A stretch of DNA of 64,000 nt from an uncultured Spirochaetota bacterium. Its GTDB lineage: Bacteria; Spirochaetota; Spirochaetia; SZUA-6; Fen-1364. Within the stretch, counting starts at the first letter, position 1. Every line of letters begins with the position of its first letter. Below, in pieces: positions 21,554-31,446 of this stretch. The position numbers and the translations under genes were made by a program. The notes beneath the pieces are model-generated. The model did no database searches. It saw nothing but the letters and a program-made list of their open reading frames with translations, and was not told the origin of the DNA. The stretch is from NCBI GenBank assembly GCA_963845535.1, contig CAWJSK010000015.1, positions 32,001-96,000 of the forward strand, read 5' to 3'.

Positions 21554-22759
21554 TCAGCCAGCCGTCGCCTCGCGCGCGAGCATTTTCCTCGTCCCGAAGA
21601 AAAAGGGAAGAGACGCGAGCTGGGCAGCGAGCGAAAAGATCACGAGACCAAGGCGGGACGTGTCGTAGAGCAACCCCATCGCCCAGCTTCCAAGGAACCA
21701 GAAGGCGCCGAAGCCAGAATAGAAGACCCCGAAAGCCGTGCCTCGCTTTTCCTTTGACACCATGGTCGACACGGCCGATTTAAGGACCGACTCCTGCGCA
21801 CCCATACCGAGTCCCCACAGCATCACTCCCGCGACAACGAAGACTGGCTCGCGGAAGAGAAAGACAAGGGGGGCGAAGAATGCGGAGATGGTCGAGGCCA
21901 CGATGATAGCTGCCATTCCTCTCCTGTCGAACATCCTGCCGAAGACGAACGCGGAAAGAGCATCGACACCCATAGCAACCGAGTAGAGGATGGGGACGAG
22001 ATTGTCGGGGAGAATCCGCTGTTTGGCCACGTGATAAGCCATGAGGGGGAAGTCCGCGAAGCCCGCTGCCAGGAAGGCGATGCCGACGAGGTAGAGCCAG
22101 TACGCCCCACTCATGCCGTTCTTCGGCCGTGGCGGCGATGAGGTCTCAAGCTCGTGTGGACGCGGATAGCGGATCTTCGCCGCGACGAGGAGTGCTATAA
22201 CAATCAAACCAGGAATTCCAAGCAGGAGAAAGCCGAGGGAATAGGCCGACAGCTTGTCCGTGGTGCCTTTCAACGTGAGCACGGCGAAGAGCATGATCGG
22301 CCCAATGAACGCGCCGAATTGGTCCATGACCTGTTGAAGGGCGAATCCCTTGCCCGCCCCGACCTCGTTTGCGGCAAACGACGTGAGCGTGTTCTTGGCG
22401 GGATGCCTGACGGCTTTGCCGAAACGCTCTACAACGATGATGCCGCACGCGAAGACCCAGCCGTATCTCGGAGCCAGAGCGAGAGCAGGAACGGCGAACA
22501 GGTTGATGCTGTAGCCGAGAATGGTCATGAACCAGTATCGATGCGTCTTGTCGCTGATGAGTCCCGTGGCAAGGCGAAGCGCGTATCCGATAAGCTCGCC
22601 GAGACCCGAAACAAACCCGACCGTAGCGGCCGAGGCTCCGAGAAGCAGCAAAAACGGTCCGAGAATGCTTCGGGCGCCTTCGTAGCTCAGGTCGGAGAAC
22701 AGACTGATCACGCCGAGCAGCACCAGAAAGGCGTAGGCCGACTTGCGGTTGTCATTCAT
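21554..22759 (-). CDS. MFS transporter
   Basis: SLFSDLSYEGARSI, GLISDKTHR, ERFGKAVRHP; about 12 TM segments. Confidence 0.9.
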   Translation of the reverse strand: MNDNRKSAYAFLVLLGVISLFSDLSYEGARSILGPFLLLLGASAATVGFVSGLGELIGYALRLATGLISDKTHRYWFMTILGYSINLFAVPALALAPRYGWVFACGIIVVERFGKAVRHPAKNTLTSFAANEVGAGKGFALQQVMDQFGAFIGPIMLFAVLTLKGTTDKLSAYSLGFLLLGIPGLIVIALLVAAKIRYPRPHELETSSPPRPKNGMSGAYWLYLVGIAFLAAGFADFPLMAYHVAKQRILPDNLVPILYSVAMGVDALSAFVFGRMFDRRGMAAIIVASTISAFFAPLVFLFREPVFVVAGVMLWGLGMGAQESVLKSAVSTMVSKEKRGTAFGVFYSGFGAFWFLGSWAMGLLYDTSRLGLVIFSLAAQLASLPFFFGTRKMLAREATAG

Positions 22760-22970
22760 TTTCAAGCAGCCTACCGAATCTCGCGACTTTGTTGAATATC
22801 GGGTGATCGCTCGAACCATCCTTTTCGGGTCGAGAACCCGCTTGCCGTGCCGATAGCAGAAGGGGCCAGAAAACCGCGAGCCCTACGGAGTGATTCCCAA
22901 CGACGACAATCCGTTCATCACCGAAAGTTCCGGAAGACTTGAAAAAGGACGCACAATGCCTCGCGATGAC

Positions 22971-22999
22971 TTGACATTATTGGCATATGCTCATAATAT
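22971..22999 (+). promoter_or_regulatory. Promoter with a palindrome in the spacer, upstream of the DUF134 gene
   Basis: TTGACA-17-TAATAT enclosing ATTAT-tg-GCATATGC-tc-ATAAT. Confidence 0.65.
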
Positions 23000-23032
23000 G
23001 ACGCTGATGACTGACCCAGATGAGGTGCTTTC

Positions 23033-23731
23033 ACGCCGCGTCCCCTGAACGAACGCCGGGTCGGCTGCCGCGTGCCCGCGCGCGCCTTCAAGCCGGCAGG
23101 CGTGCCGGGGCGCGCTCTGGAGGAAGTGGTCCTCAGCCTGGACGAGGCGGAATCCATCCGCCTCGCGGACCTCGAAGGCCTCTATCAGGAGGCGGCGGCC
23201 CTGCGGATGGCCGTTTCGCGCCAGACCTTCGGACGCATCGTGGAATCGGCGCGGCGCAAGGTGGCAGACGCCATTATTAATGGGAAGCTCCTCCGCATCG
23301 AAGGCGGAGAAGTGGTCATACATGAGGAAGGAGATAAACTGATGAAGGTCGCGGTCCCCGCTCGGGAAGGTCAAGTGGATGAGCATTTCGGACACTGTGA
23401 GCATTTCATGGTGTATGCCCTCGATGAAGGTCGACACATTGCTTCCGAAGAGAGTGTTGATTCGCCCGAGGGATGCGGCTGCAAGTCGGATATTGCAGGG
23501 ATCCTTGCGCGGATGGGCGTCACCCACATGGTGGCAGGAGGCATGGGGGAGGGCGCTGTCCGCGTCATGCAGGCGCACGGCATACAGGTGGTCCGGGGCG
23601 CAAGCGGCGGCACACGTGCGGCCGTGGAACGGCTTGGCGCGGGAGCCTTGGCTGACTCAGGCACGACATGCGCCGGGCACGAAGGCCAGCATGGCCATGC
23701 CCATGATCACGGCAAGGACTGCCATCATTGA
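23033..23731 (+). CDS. DUF134 HTH domain fused to NifB/NifX (FeMo-co binding) domain, His-rich tail
   Basis: FKPAG..DEAESIRLADLEGLYQEAAA..SRQTF; VDEHFGHC, GGMG; the expected MPRP start reads ACG at 23033, next in-frame GTG at 23072. Confidence 0.85.
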   Translation, partial: TPRPLNERRVGCRVPARAFKPAGVPGRALEEVVLSLDEAESIRLADLEGLYQEAAALRMAVSRQTFGRIVESARRKVADAIINGKLLRIEGGEVVIHEEGDKLMKVAVPAREGQVDEHFGHCEHFMVYALDEGRHIASEESVDSPEGCGCKSDIAGILARMGVTHMVAGGMGEGAVRVMQAHGIQVVRGASGGTRAAVERLGAGALADSGTTCAGHEGQHGHAHDHGKDCHH

Positions 23732-23859
23732 TCAGGGAAGTCGACCCTTCTCGCCCTGGGCCCTCCGAACGCGGTTGCCCCGGGTGCCAGGAAGGCGAGA
23801 AAAAGATTGAGCAGCAGTTGGTTCCGGGGCGTCCAGCCTGCGCGGTGTCGCTTTATCCT

Positions 23860-25083
23860 TTAGAACATCGGTGTTGGCACGTCGCCCCATCCCGTCCCTC
23901 CCGGCGTATCCTCGACCTGAAGAACCTCATTCGAGTGGAGGTGAATGTCGACAAAAAAGCTCGGGACGCGAACGTCGTTGATTCCGAAATCTGCCGCGGC
24001 AGACGGAATCTGCTGATTGCCCCGCACCTCGATGAAAATGATCCGCCGCATCATTGCCGGGCTGTCGTGCGTCATCGGACCCATGTGGCTCATGTGGCCG
24101 CCCCCCTGCAGATGGCCCATGGGATTGATGACGTAGTCAGTGATCATGGGGAGGGTTTGATGACGCTGGAAGAGCATCCAGTCAGGTCCCGTGTTGGCAA
24201 TCATCCCCTGCATCACGTAGTTGACCGGGACGACATACGCCAGGGTGCGCGCACCCTGATTCGCCTGCATGGTGCGTAAACGCTCAGCGACACGCGAATC
24301 GCTCTCAGCACTCTGAAGAAGACTGTTGGCCATCGGCACGTCGTCGGGAAGGATGCTGATCACATCAACTCCGTCGACTGTTTCCAAGGGCAGATGGGCA
24401 ACCGTGTACGCCCGCAAGCCAAAGCCGACCGCCGCGACTCCTCCGACGAGCACAACAAGCAGAACAACAGCGTTCAGCAGCCGTAGCGGCCGCGCCGCCG
24501 CCCGCCGTTGGTTCAGGCGCGGGAAGAACGTGCCTGTTCGCTCCCGGTATTCCTGATAGGACTCACCGTAGCGTCGGAGCATGCGCTGCTCCTCGTCCTT
24601 TGCCAGGAGGTAGTAAAGGAACATCATTATCCCGAGAAATATCAGCGTCAGGAAACGAGGCCACAGGATGGCAAGTCCTGCTCCCGCCATGACCAATCCC
24701 GTGTATTGAGGATGGCGCATGAGAGCATAGAATCCGCGGCTGGCTACGCCCCATTTCAGCATCTTGCCCAAGTATACCTGCGCTGCGCAGATGAGAAAGA
24801 TGAGGGTCCCTACGATGAACAGAATGGACCCCAGAACCCGCAATCCGACCAGAAGGGGTGTCGGCGGGACGATCATGTGAGGGAGGAAGAACGCCGTGAG
24901 CCAGCGAGTCCCTCCCCATTTGTTCAACCCTAAAAGGATGGGATTGAAGACGGAATAGAAGAAGAACGCAAACGGGCTGATCATGATGACGATTTCCAGC
25001 GCAGCGATGAAGTACACGAGAGCCACGCCGCCGACCAGATAGCCTCGTCCGCGTCCCTTTTCAGCATTTTGATTCTGAATCAT
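23860..25083 (-). CDS. Isoprenylcysteine carboxylmethyltransferase (ICMT/PEMT)-like membrane protein with C-terminal extension
   Basis: GFYALMRHPQY, EEQRMLRRYGESYQEY..FFPR. Confidence 0.78.
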   Translation of the reverse strand: MIQNQNAEKGRGRGYLVGGVALVYFIAALEIVIMISPFAFFFYSVFNPILLGLNKWGGTRWLTAFFLPHMIVPPTPLLVGLRVLGSILFIVGTLIFLICAAQVYLGKMLKWGVASRGFYALMRHPQYTGLVMAGAGLAILWPRFLTLIFLGIMMFLYYLLAKDEEQRMLRRYGESYQEYRERTGTFFPRLNQRRAAARPLRLLNAVVLLVVLVGGVAAVGFGLRAYTVAHLPLETVDGVDVISILPDDVPMANSLLQSAESDSRVAERLRTMQANQGARTLAYVVPVNYVMQGMIANTGPDWMLFQRHQTLPMITDYVINPMGHLQGGGHMSHMGPMTHDSPAMMRRIIFIEVRGNQQIPSAAADFGINDVRVPSFFVDIHLHSNEVLQVEDTPGGTGWGDVPTPMF

Positions 25084-25571
25084 TGTTTCCCTCCGCTTGG
25101 CATTTCATGGGGAAGGCGCCGCCTCCTGACTCCCACGGATGGCCCGCTGTTGACCAGCGTCTCCAGAAGCCATGCCCTCCCGCCGTTGTGCGTGCCCGCC
25201 AGCCGTGCATCCCAATCCTCAAGCATGGCGCGCAGGTCGTCGCGCAGACTCCGAAGGGCGCGGATGCGACTCTCCAGCTCTTCCAGTTTTTTCGCCGCGA
25301 GCGCGCGCACTTGCTTGCAGGGAGCGCCGCCTTGGTCCCGAACTTTGAGGAACCTGGCCAGCTCGTCCAGCGCGAACCCGACCGAAAGAGCATGCTGCAC
25401 GAGCATCACCCGAGGTAGCGCGTCCGGCGGGTATTCGCGGTAGCCGTTTGAAGCCCGCCGTGAGGTAAGCAGGCCCTTGCGTTCGTAATGGCGCAGGGTG
25501 TCCGTGCTGAGCCCCGCCAGCCTGGCCAACTCGCCCGAACGCAACGGACCGCTTTTTATTGGATCACCCAT
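25080..25571 (-). CDS. MerR family regulator
   Basis: GELARLAGLSTDTLRHYERKGLL..NGYREY. Confidence 0.92.
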   Translation of the reverse strand: MGDPIKSGPLRSGELARLAGLSTDTLRHYERKGLLTSRRASNGYREYPPDALPRVMLVQHALSVGFALDELARFLKVRDQGGAPCKQVRALAAKKLEELESRIRALRSLRDDLRAMLEDWDARLAGTHNGGRAWLLETLVNSGPSVGVRRRRLPHEMPSGGKQ

Positions 25572-25577
25572 GATGGG

Positions 25578-25609
25578 AATATAAACCCTGGAACGAATTC
25601 CAGGGTCAA
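25578..25609 (-). promoter_or_regulatory. MerR-type promoter/operator
   Basis: TTGACC-20 bp-TATATT with dyad ACCCTGGAA-ttcg-TTCCAGGGT. Confidence 0.8.
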
Positions 25610-25707
25610 GAAGTCTCTTGCGCTGTACTTCGCGATCATGTTCATGATAACGTTTCCAAAGTGCCGGCTGCTAGGAGGTAGATATTAATGCCACTCTCGT
25701 TGAGCGA

Positions 25708-26052
25708 ATGGAACGCACAGTGATCAAGACCATGATCCAGGCCGGCATTTGCGGCTTCACGACCACAGTGAGAGCCCGTTCGGAAAATCTGCAGAACGTG
25801 ACCCTTGAAATGGAGAGCACCTGCGATAAGATTCGCATGCTTGCCGCTGCGCTGAAAGAGCCCGTTGATGCATATCAGGAGATCGGCGATGGTTTCGACG
25901 GTGTGATCCTGCGGACAGTCCGCACGCACCTCAAAGGCTGCTGCGCTGGCTGCGTGGTGCCCAGCGGAATCTTCAAGACAGTTCAGGTTGCGGGGGGCGT
26001 CGCACTCCCCGCGTCTATCTCTTTCATAATTGAAAAGACGGAGAATGATTGA
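25708..26052 (+). CDS. DUF6951-like Cys-containing protein
   Basis: AGICGFTT, ESTC, GCVVPSGIFK...ALP. Confidence 0.7.
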   Translation: MERTVIKTMIQAGICGFTTTVRARSENLQNVTLEMESTCDKIRMLAAALKEPVDAYQEIGDGFDGVILRTVRTHLKGCCAGCVVPSGIFKTVQVAGGVALPASISFIIEKTEND

Positions 26053-26243
26053 GGCGATCGTGAGAGCGCAACGAATTTCGCCGAGCCCATTTTAGATCAG
26101 CCAGAGCAATCCATAGCCAACAGGTGTGGGAGAGGGCTGAGCACCCTCCTCGGGCCGCAAGGCCATGCCGGAATCCTGAGGGGGGGCCAAATTGGCGAAA
26201 CCCGCGGGACAACGGGGCAGGGTCTGCCAGCTCCTCGGTGCTC

Positions 26244-26609
26244 TCAGATGGTGCGTCTTCGCCCTGCCGGGACAGCACTGACCATCCCATTCAAAGCCCG
26301 ACGCTGCTTCTCGAATTTGTTGCGAACGACCCGCTCCACGCCCTCTGTCACCGCTTTGTAGCAATCGCAGGAAAGCCGGTAGTACGTCGAGGTGCCTTCC
26401 TTGCGATCCTCTTCAATTACCCCGGCAGCCTTGAGAATGGACAGGTGTTTAGAGACAGTCGATCCATCGGCGCCCACCATTTCCGTGAGTTCACAGACAC
26501 AATAGGGTTTTTCCTCGAGCTTCTCTACCATGAACAGCCGGCTCGGGTGGGCGAGCGCCTTCAATACCTCTGCCCGCGATCTAGCTCGCAGCTTTTCGTT
26601 TTCGGTCAT
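26244..26609 (-). CDS. ArsR/SmtB family regulator
   Basis: KALAHPSRL, CVCEL, STVSKHLSILK, C-terminal CDC. Confidence 0.92.
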   Translation of the reverse strand: MTENEKLRARSRAEVLKALAHPSRLFMVEKLEEKPYCVCELTEMVGADGSTVSKHLSILKAAGVIEEDRKEGTSTYYRLSCDCYKAVTEGVERVVRNKFEKQRRALNGMVSAVPAGRRRTI

Positions 26610-26620
26610 TCTTGGCTCCT

Positions 26621-26634
26621 TGGCAATATTATCA
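26621..26634 (-). promoter_or_regulatory. TGGYAATATTGCCA-type operator, site 1 (arsR autoregulation)
   Basis: TTGACC-17-TAATAT; palindrome overlaps the -10 box. Confidence 0.75.
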
Positions 26635-26740
26635 TGAATTGTTCTCGGGGTCAATGGGCGCCGCAGCACGTGTCAAGGCGCCGCCGCACGTCACACCACA
26701 AGAACATGTGCGCTGCGGCCGAGCCGCAACGCATGACCGC

Positions 26741-27091
26741 CTACGCTTTCGCGAACTCGTCTGCCGCTTTCAAGAGCGGAGTCAGATACATGAGGGCAGG
26801 ACCACCGTGCATCACCACCGCCATGAATCCGGCGGAAATTATCTGGGCCCGCGTCGCCCCGGCTTCCACCGCGTTCCTGACGTGGAACGCGATGCACCAT
26901 TCGCACTGGGCCCCGACAGAGAGACCGACGTTGATCAGCTCTTTCGTTCGCACGTCCAGCCCCTCTCCATCGGTGGCCTTCTGCAGAAAGTTCAGGAAGG
27001 CTCCCGTCTCGCTTGGAAACTCCTTTCTCAGTTTCCCCACCAGAACATTAACCTCATTGAGCCTCTCGCTCATCGTCACATCGCCGTTCAT
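26741..27091 (-). CDS. Carboxymuconolactone decarboxylase / AhpD-like protein
   Basis: KELINVGLSVGAQCEWCIAFH, MHGGP. Confidence 0.9.
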   Translation of the reverse strand: MNGDVTMSERLNEVNVLVGKLRKEFPSETGAFLNFLQKATDGEGLDVRTKELINVGLSVGAQCEWCIAFHVRNAVEAGATRAQIISAGFMAVVMHGGPALMYLTPLLKAADEFAKA

Positions 27092-27138
27092 ATGATACCT
27101 CCGTTCGTCTTTGTTCTTCCGGCCCTCGATGAGACCTG

Positions 27139-27468
27139 CTACGCAAGGCGAGTCAACCGACCCTCGCGTGCCGCCTCGACCAGCTCAAGAACCGACCCGT
27201 TCTCCGCGGTGAAGAGAATAATCCCCGCCACAGCAAGTCGATTTCGCGCTTCCCCCGAAAGTTTTCCAGTGACAAGCGCTCCGGCTCCCTGGCGAACCAG
27301 CCACGCCACTCGTGCAGCGCCCAGGGGGTCGGGCCAGGAAGCGCCGTCCTGCCCCCACGATTCGAAGCGTCCCTCCTCGCTCACCAGAACAAGCTGGCGG
27401 CTTTCTTCGAAAATGGGGTCCAGCCACGCTCCCAGACCCGAGCCTTTTGCCGTGACCGCAATCTTCAT
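27139..27468 (-). CDS. NifB/NifX family protein (diverged)
   Basis: MKIAVTAKG..LDPIFE..ALVTG..A..L..AGI. Confidence 0.7.
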   Translation of the reverse strand: MKIAVTAKGSGLGAWLDPIFEESRQLVLVSEEGRFESWGQDGASWPDPLGAARVAWLVRQGAGALVTGKLSGEARNRLAVAGIILFTAENGSVLELVEAAREGRLTRLA

Positions 27469-27555
27469 ATCGCGCACCCGTCCTTTCACCCTGGCTGACA
27501 AGCGGCGCGACGAACCACGCGGTTTCCCGACGACACCGCGGCGCCGCTGTTGACC

Positions 27556-27936
27556 CTACTCTCCCTTCGCGCTTTCCATCTTGGGCGCCTCAACCATCTT
27601 TTTAATGGCATCAGCCGCCTGAGAGGTATCCATATTTCGTATGTCCACCCCGTGAATGTTCTCCTTGCGGAATTCCGCGGACTCCAGCGCGTCACGGAAC
27701 ATCTTTACCTGCATCGTCGGATCACAAGCGGCGACGTACAGCTCATCTGTGGATTTCCCCTTGAGCAGCGTTGAGAGGAAGCGATCTCCATCGGTGGCGC
27801 ACAACTGGGGATGAATTGCGATGTAGTCCACCAGTTTCTCACGCCGAATCGAATTGCCCACGTCGAAAATGTTCATCTTCTGGAACGATGGGCAGTTGCC
27901 TTGACACACGCACAACAGAAGCCCTTTATTTGCCAT
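27556..27936 (-). CDS. Stand-alone HdrA N-terminal-like Cys-rich protein
   Basis: LLLCVCQGNC, HPQLC, VAACDP, VDIR mirror the HdrA N-terminal CxC/LC/AAC/NIR pattern. Confidence 0.7.
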   Translation of the reverse strand: MANKGLLLCVCQGNCPSFQKMNIFDVGNSIRREKLVDYIAIHPQLCATDGDRFLSTLLKGKSTDELYVAACDPTMQVKMFRDALESAEFRKENIHGVDIRNMDTSQAADAIKKMVEAPKMESAKGE

Positions 27937-27937
27937 G

Positions 27938-28171
27938 TTACGCTCCTTTCGCGCTTGGCTGGGACACCTTTTCGGTGTCGCCAAAATAGCTGATTGCCTC
28001 AGTTGGGCAGATCTTCGAGCATCCCCTGCAAAACTCAACGCACGCCTCGGGCTGTGCCACCACCGGATGGTCCTCACCGGCTTGGAAGACCCCGTGGGTG
28101 CAGAAATCCAGGCAAGTATTGCAGTTGGAACAAAGATCCGGGTCGATGATCGGATGCCAGTTTGCAGCCAT
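27938..28171 (-). CDS. 4Fe-4S dicluster ferredoxin
   Basis: CSNCNTCLDFC and CVEFCRGCSKICP. Confidence 0.9.
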   Translation of the reverse strand: MAANWHPIIDPDLCSNCNTCLDFCTHGVFQAGEDHPVVAQPEACVEFCRGCSKICPTEAISYFGDTEKVSQPSAKGA

Positions 28172-28200
28172 AAGCTGCCTCCTTTCTAGTGTTGGCTTAA

Positions 28201-28214
28201 TGGCAATATTACCA
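28201..28214 (-). promoter_or_regulatory. Operator site 2
   Basis: TTGACA-16-TAATAT within TGGTAATATTGCCA. Confidence 0.75.
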
Positions 28215-28246
28215 CTAATTCATTATTTGTCAAGTGGCCTGAGCTT

Positions 28247-28276
28247 AAAAGAGCCGGTCGAGGGGACCGGCTCTTT
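28247..28276 (-). terminator. Intrinsic terminator after the CoA-disulfide reductase gene
   Basis: AAAGAGCCGGTC/GACCGGCTCTTT stem with U tail. Confidence 0.75.
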
Positions 28277-28323
28277 GCATCCCCTTGGGGAGGGGTGACC
28301 GTCAGGGTCTGAACAGGCGGTTC

Positions 28324-30045
28324 TTATGAGGCTGCCTGGATTGAATCGTCCCTCAAGATGATGTCATTTTCATAGATGTCCTCATTGGACTGCTTCTGCA
28401 TCGCCAATTGATATGTCTTATAGCCACCGCTCAGATTCCTGACTCTGGCAAACCCATGCTGCTTGAGAATGCGAAGCGCAATGTACCCGCGCAAACCCAC
28501 CTGGCAGTAGACGTAGAGGTTCTTCTCCTGAGACAATTCAGAAAGGCGGTCGCGCAGGGAATCCACCGGAATGTTGACCGCGCCGGGGATTGAGCCCTGC
28601 TGAAACTCATCCTGCGTGCGGACATCGATAATCACGGAGGTGGCGCTGTCAATCTGCGGGATCTCGTTCCAATGAAAGACCGGGCAGTCGCCTTTCAGGA
28701 TATTGGCGGCCGTATAGCCGGCAATGTTGACCGGATCCTTGGCAGAGGAGTACATGGGCGCGTAGGCGAGCTCGAGTCTCTCGAGATCAAACACCGTCAA
28801 CCGCGAACGCATGGCGGTGGATATGACATCGATCCGTTTGTCCACGCCGTCGTAGCCGATGATCTGGGCTCCCAGCACCCTTCCATCAGGCCGGGAAAAC
28901 AGCAGTTTGACGGCCATCAGTGTGCCACCAGGATAGTATCCTGCGTGGGACGGGGAGTGGGTAAAGGACTTCTCGTATGATACTCCCATTCGCTTCAGCG
29001 CCCCTTCGTTGGCGCCGGTGGTGGCCACTGTGATATCGAAGACCTGCACGATGGAGGTGCCTTGCGTGCCTTGGTAGGATTCAGTGACGCCGCAGATATT
29101 GTTCGCGGCGATGCGGCCCTGCTTGTTGGCCGGTCCGGCAAGAGGGATCAGCGCGGCTTCTCCGGAGGTGAAGTCTTCCACCTCAATCGCATCCCCAACG
29201 GCGTAAATGTCAGGATTGGAAGTCCTCAAGTGCTCATCAACTTTGATCCCGCCCCTCGGTCCGAGCACGACTCCCGCCTCACGCGCCAGTTGGACGTCAG
29301 GCTTCACGCCGACACCGAGCACGGCCAGATCTGCCCGAAGGATTTTTCCGTCCGTAAGCCGGATTTCCAGGAAACCGCGTTTCTCAGAGAACGAGGCAAC
29401 GGCCTCCTTGAGGTAGAACTCCACGCCTTTTGTCTTGAGATGCTGATGGACAAGGGCAGCCATGTCAAAATCCAGCGGCGCGATGACATGGTCAGCGAGC
29501 TCGACGATTGTTACCCGCGTTCCCGTTGCGGCAAGGTTTTCCGCCACTTCAAGACCGATGAACCCCGCCCCGATGACGACCGCACGTTGCGGCTTCTGTT
29601 TTTCAACGAGCTCCTTGATCTTCAGGGTGTCTGGGATCGTACGCAGGGTGAAGATCCTTTCCGAATGGATGCCCGGAAGATTCGGCCGAAAAGGTTCTGC
29701 ACCTGGCGATAAAAGAAGCTTGTCATAGCGCTCGATGTACCTGCTCTCCTTCGCATGATCGAAGATTTCCACCTCTTTCCGCTCAGGAATGATGCGGCGG
29801 ACTTCTGACCGGAGCCGAACCTTGATGTGGAACCGCTTCCACATGCTTTCGGGGGTCTGCACCAGCAGATCTTTGGTTTCCGGGATAACACCTCCTATGT
29901 GATAGGGCAGGCCGCAGTTTGCATACGAGATGTAGTCCCCCTTTTCGACAATGATGATCTCTGCCCCCTCGTTGATTCTTCTCAGACGAGCTGCTGCCGT
30001 TGCGCCGCCGGCCACGCCACCTACAATGATAACCTTGAGTGCCAT
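28324..30045 (-). CDS. CoA-disulfide reductase / NADH oxidase with C-terminal rhodanese domain
   Basis: GGVAGG, SYANCGLPY, GAGFIG, ELAYAP; rhodanese VYCQVGLRG. Confidence 0.93.
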   Translation of the reverse strand: MALKVIIVGGVAGGATAAARLRRINEGAEIIIVEKGDYISYANCGLPYHIGGVIPETKDLLVQTPESMWKRFHIKVRLRSEVRRIIPERKEVEIFDHAKESRYIERYDKLLLSPGAEPFRPNLPGIHSERIFTLRTIPDTLKIKELVEKQKPQRAVVIGAGFIGLEVAENLAATGTRVTIVELADHVIAPLDFDMAALVHQHLKTKGVEFYLKEAVASFSEKRGFLEIRLTDGKILRADLAVLGVGVKPDVQLAREAGVVLGPRGGIKVDEHLRTSNPDIYAVGDAIEVEDFTSGEAALIPLAGPANKQGRIAANNICGVTESYQGTQGTSIVQVFDITVATTGANEGALKRMGVSYEKSFTHSPSHAGYYPGGTLMAVKLLFSRPDGRVLGAQIIGYDGVDKRIDVISTAMRSRLTVFDLERLELAYAPMYSSAKDPVNIAGYTAANILKGDCPVFHWNEIPQIDSATSVIIDVRTQDEFQQGSIPGAVNIPVDSLRDRLSELSQEKNLYVYCQVGLRGYIALRILKQHGFARVRNLSGGYKTYQLAMQKQSNEDIYENDIILRDDSIQAAS

Positions 30046-30080
30046 ATCCAACCTCCAATCCTTTCGTGGATGCTCCTCGC

Positions 30081-30166
30081 GCCTTATTCGCGGACCACGT
30101 CAGGGTCCGCTTCCAGCTTTGCGGCCAGCTCCTTGCGAAGCTGCTCCTTGGGAATGCTTCTGGCCA
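30081..30166. repeat. 86-bp direct repeat of the ferredoxin 3' end (other copy 31444-31529)
   Basis: 84/86 identical; the two copies flank the chromate transporter gene. Confidence 0.9.
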
Positions 30167-30196
30167 GATCGCGAACATTCATAGACAGACAAACCC

Positions 30197-31414
30197 TCAT
30201 GCCAATCCCAACGCCAGCAGGCCGCTCCACAGGGCCAGCCCGCCAAGAAAGACCCACAGAATGTCAATCTTAAACCAGCGCACTGCCGCAAACGCAGCAC
30301 CCGCCAAAGCCAGCGAAGCTGGTCCCGTGAGAGCTGCACCGCCAAGCTGTAGCAGCACCACCGCCAGCAGACCGACGAAAGACGCCATGACCCCGGCCAG
30401 CGCGCCGCGCACTGCTTTCAGATTTCGAATGTGCGCAAAAACCTCGGTGAACAACAGCGTCATGGCAAAGGAGGGCGAAAACATGGCAAAGGTTGCCAAC
30501 AGACCGCCCAGAAAGCCGGCCACCTTGTAGCCGATGAACGTGGCGGTAATCAAGAACGGGCCAGGCGTAATCTGCCCCAGGGCAATCCCATCCGCAAATT
30601 GGTTGAGCGGCATCCAGTGATGAACGTCCACTGTTTCTGCCTGGATAAGCGGGATGATGGCGGAACCGTTTCCGAATGCCACCGAACCGATCTTGAACAA
30701 CGATAAGGAGAGCCTGCCCATTTCTGACCTCAGGCTCCATGAAAAAGCGACCACACCTATGATTACCGCTGCCACCGTCGCTATACCCGCCCAGCGCTTT
30801 GCTGATGCGTGTTCGATTTTGGAGAATGGTTTGCGCGCTTCAGCAGTTTTCCCTTTGCCTGTCACCGGGCGAATCAGCAGAGCGCCCAACGCCAGCGCGA
30901 CCAACACGATCAAAACCGCATTGAACTTTAGCAGCAAAGAGACAAAGGCCAGCAGCGTGATGACTGCCTGCGTGCGGTTCTGGATGTTGCGCCCACCCAT
31001 CTCCAGCGTGACGTTGAAGAGGATGCCCACAACCAGCGCTTCCAACCCCGAAAAGAGAGGATGCGCCCAGAGTAAATTGCCGGCGGCGAAGTAGAAGGCA
31101 GAAAGGACCGACATCAAAACAAAAGAAGGCAGGACAAATCCAGTTGTCGCAAAAACAGCGCCGATCACGCCACGCAGTTTGTAGCCCACATAGGCGGTGA
31201 AATCGACCATCAACGGGCCGGGATACAGTTGGACCATTGCCAGCCCTTCGTTCATCTCCTCTTCACTCAGCCAGTGATTATCCATCACCAGCGCTTTGAG
31301 TTTCTGCAAGATAGCCATGCCGAAGGCCGTGAGGCCGACGATGAAGTAGGAGGAAAAAATGGCCCGCAGGGATACGCGCGGACGGGATTCAGGCTTGTCT
31401 AATTCAGCAGTCAT
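30197..31414 (-). CDS. chrA: Chromate ion transporter (long-chain CHR)
   Basis: Two homologous halves with QLYPGP and QITPGP, GYKL/GYKV. Confidence 0.88.
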   Translation of the reverse strand: MTAELDKPESRPRVSLRAIFSSYFIVGLTAFGMAILQKLKALVMDNHWLSEEEMNEGLAMVQLYPGPLMVDFTAYVGYKLRGVIGAVFATTGFVLPSFVLMSVLSAFYFAAGNLLWAHPLFSGLEALVVGILFNVTLEMGGRNIQNRTQAVITLLAFVSLLLKFNAVLIVLVALALGALLIRPVTGKGKTAEARKPFSKIEHASAKRWAGIATVAAVIIGVVAFSWSLRSEMGRLSLSLFKIGSVAFGNGSAIIPLIQAETVDVHHWMPLNQFADGIALGQITPGPFLITATFIGYKVAGFLGGLLATFAMFSPSFAMTLLFTEVFAHIRNLKAVRGALAGVMASFVGLLAVVLLQLGGAALTGPASLALAGAAFAAVRWFKIDILWVFLGGLALWSGLLALGLA

Positions 31415-31446
31415 GTGCAGTTCCTTACCGCGCGCTTGTCAATGCC

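Noticed and set aside
22760..22930. Riboswitch (e.g. fluoride) upstream of the MFS gene
   Set aside because: GGTGATG is present but the pairing and downstream consensus are missing
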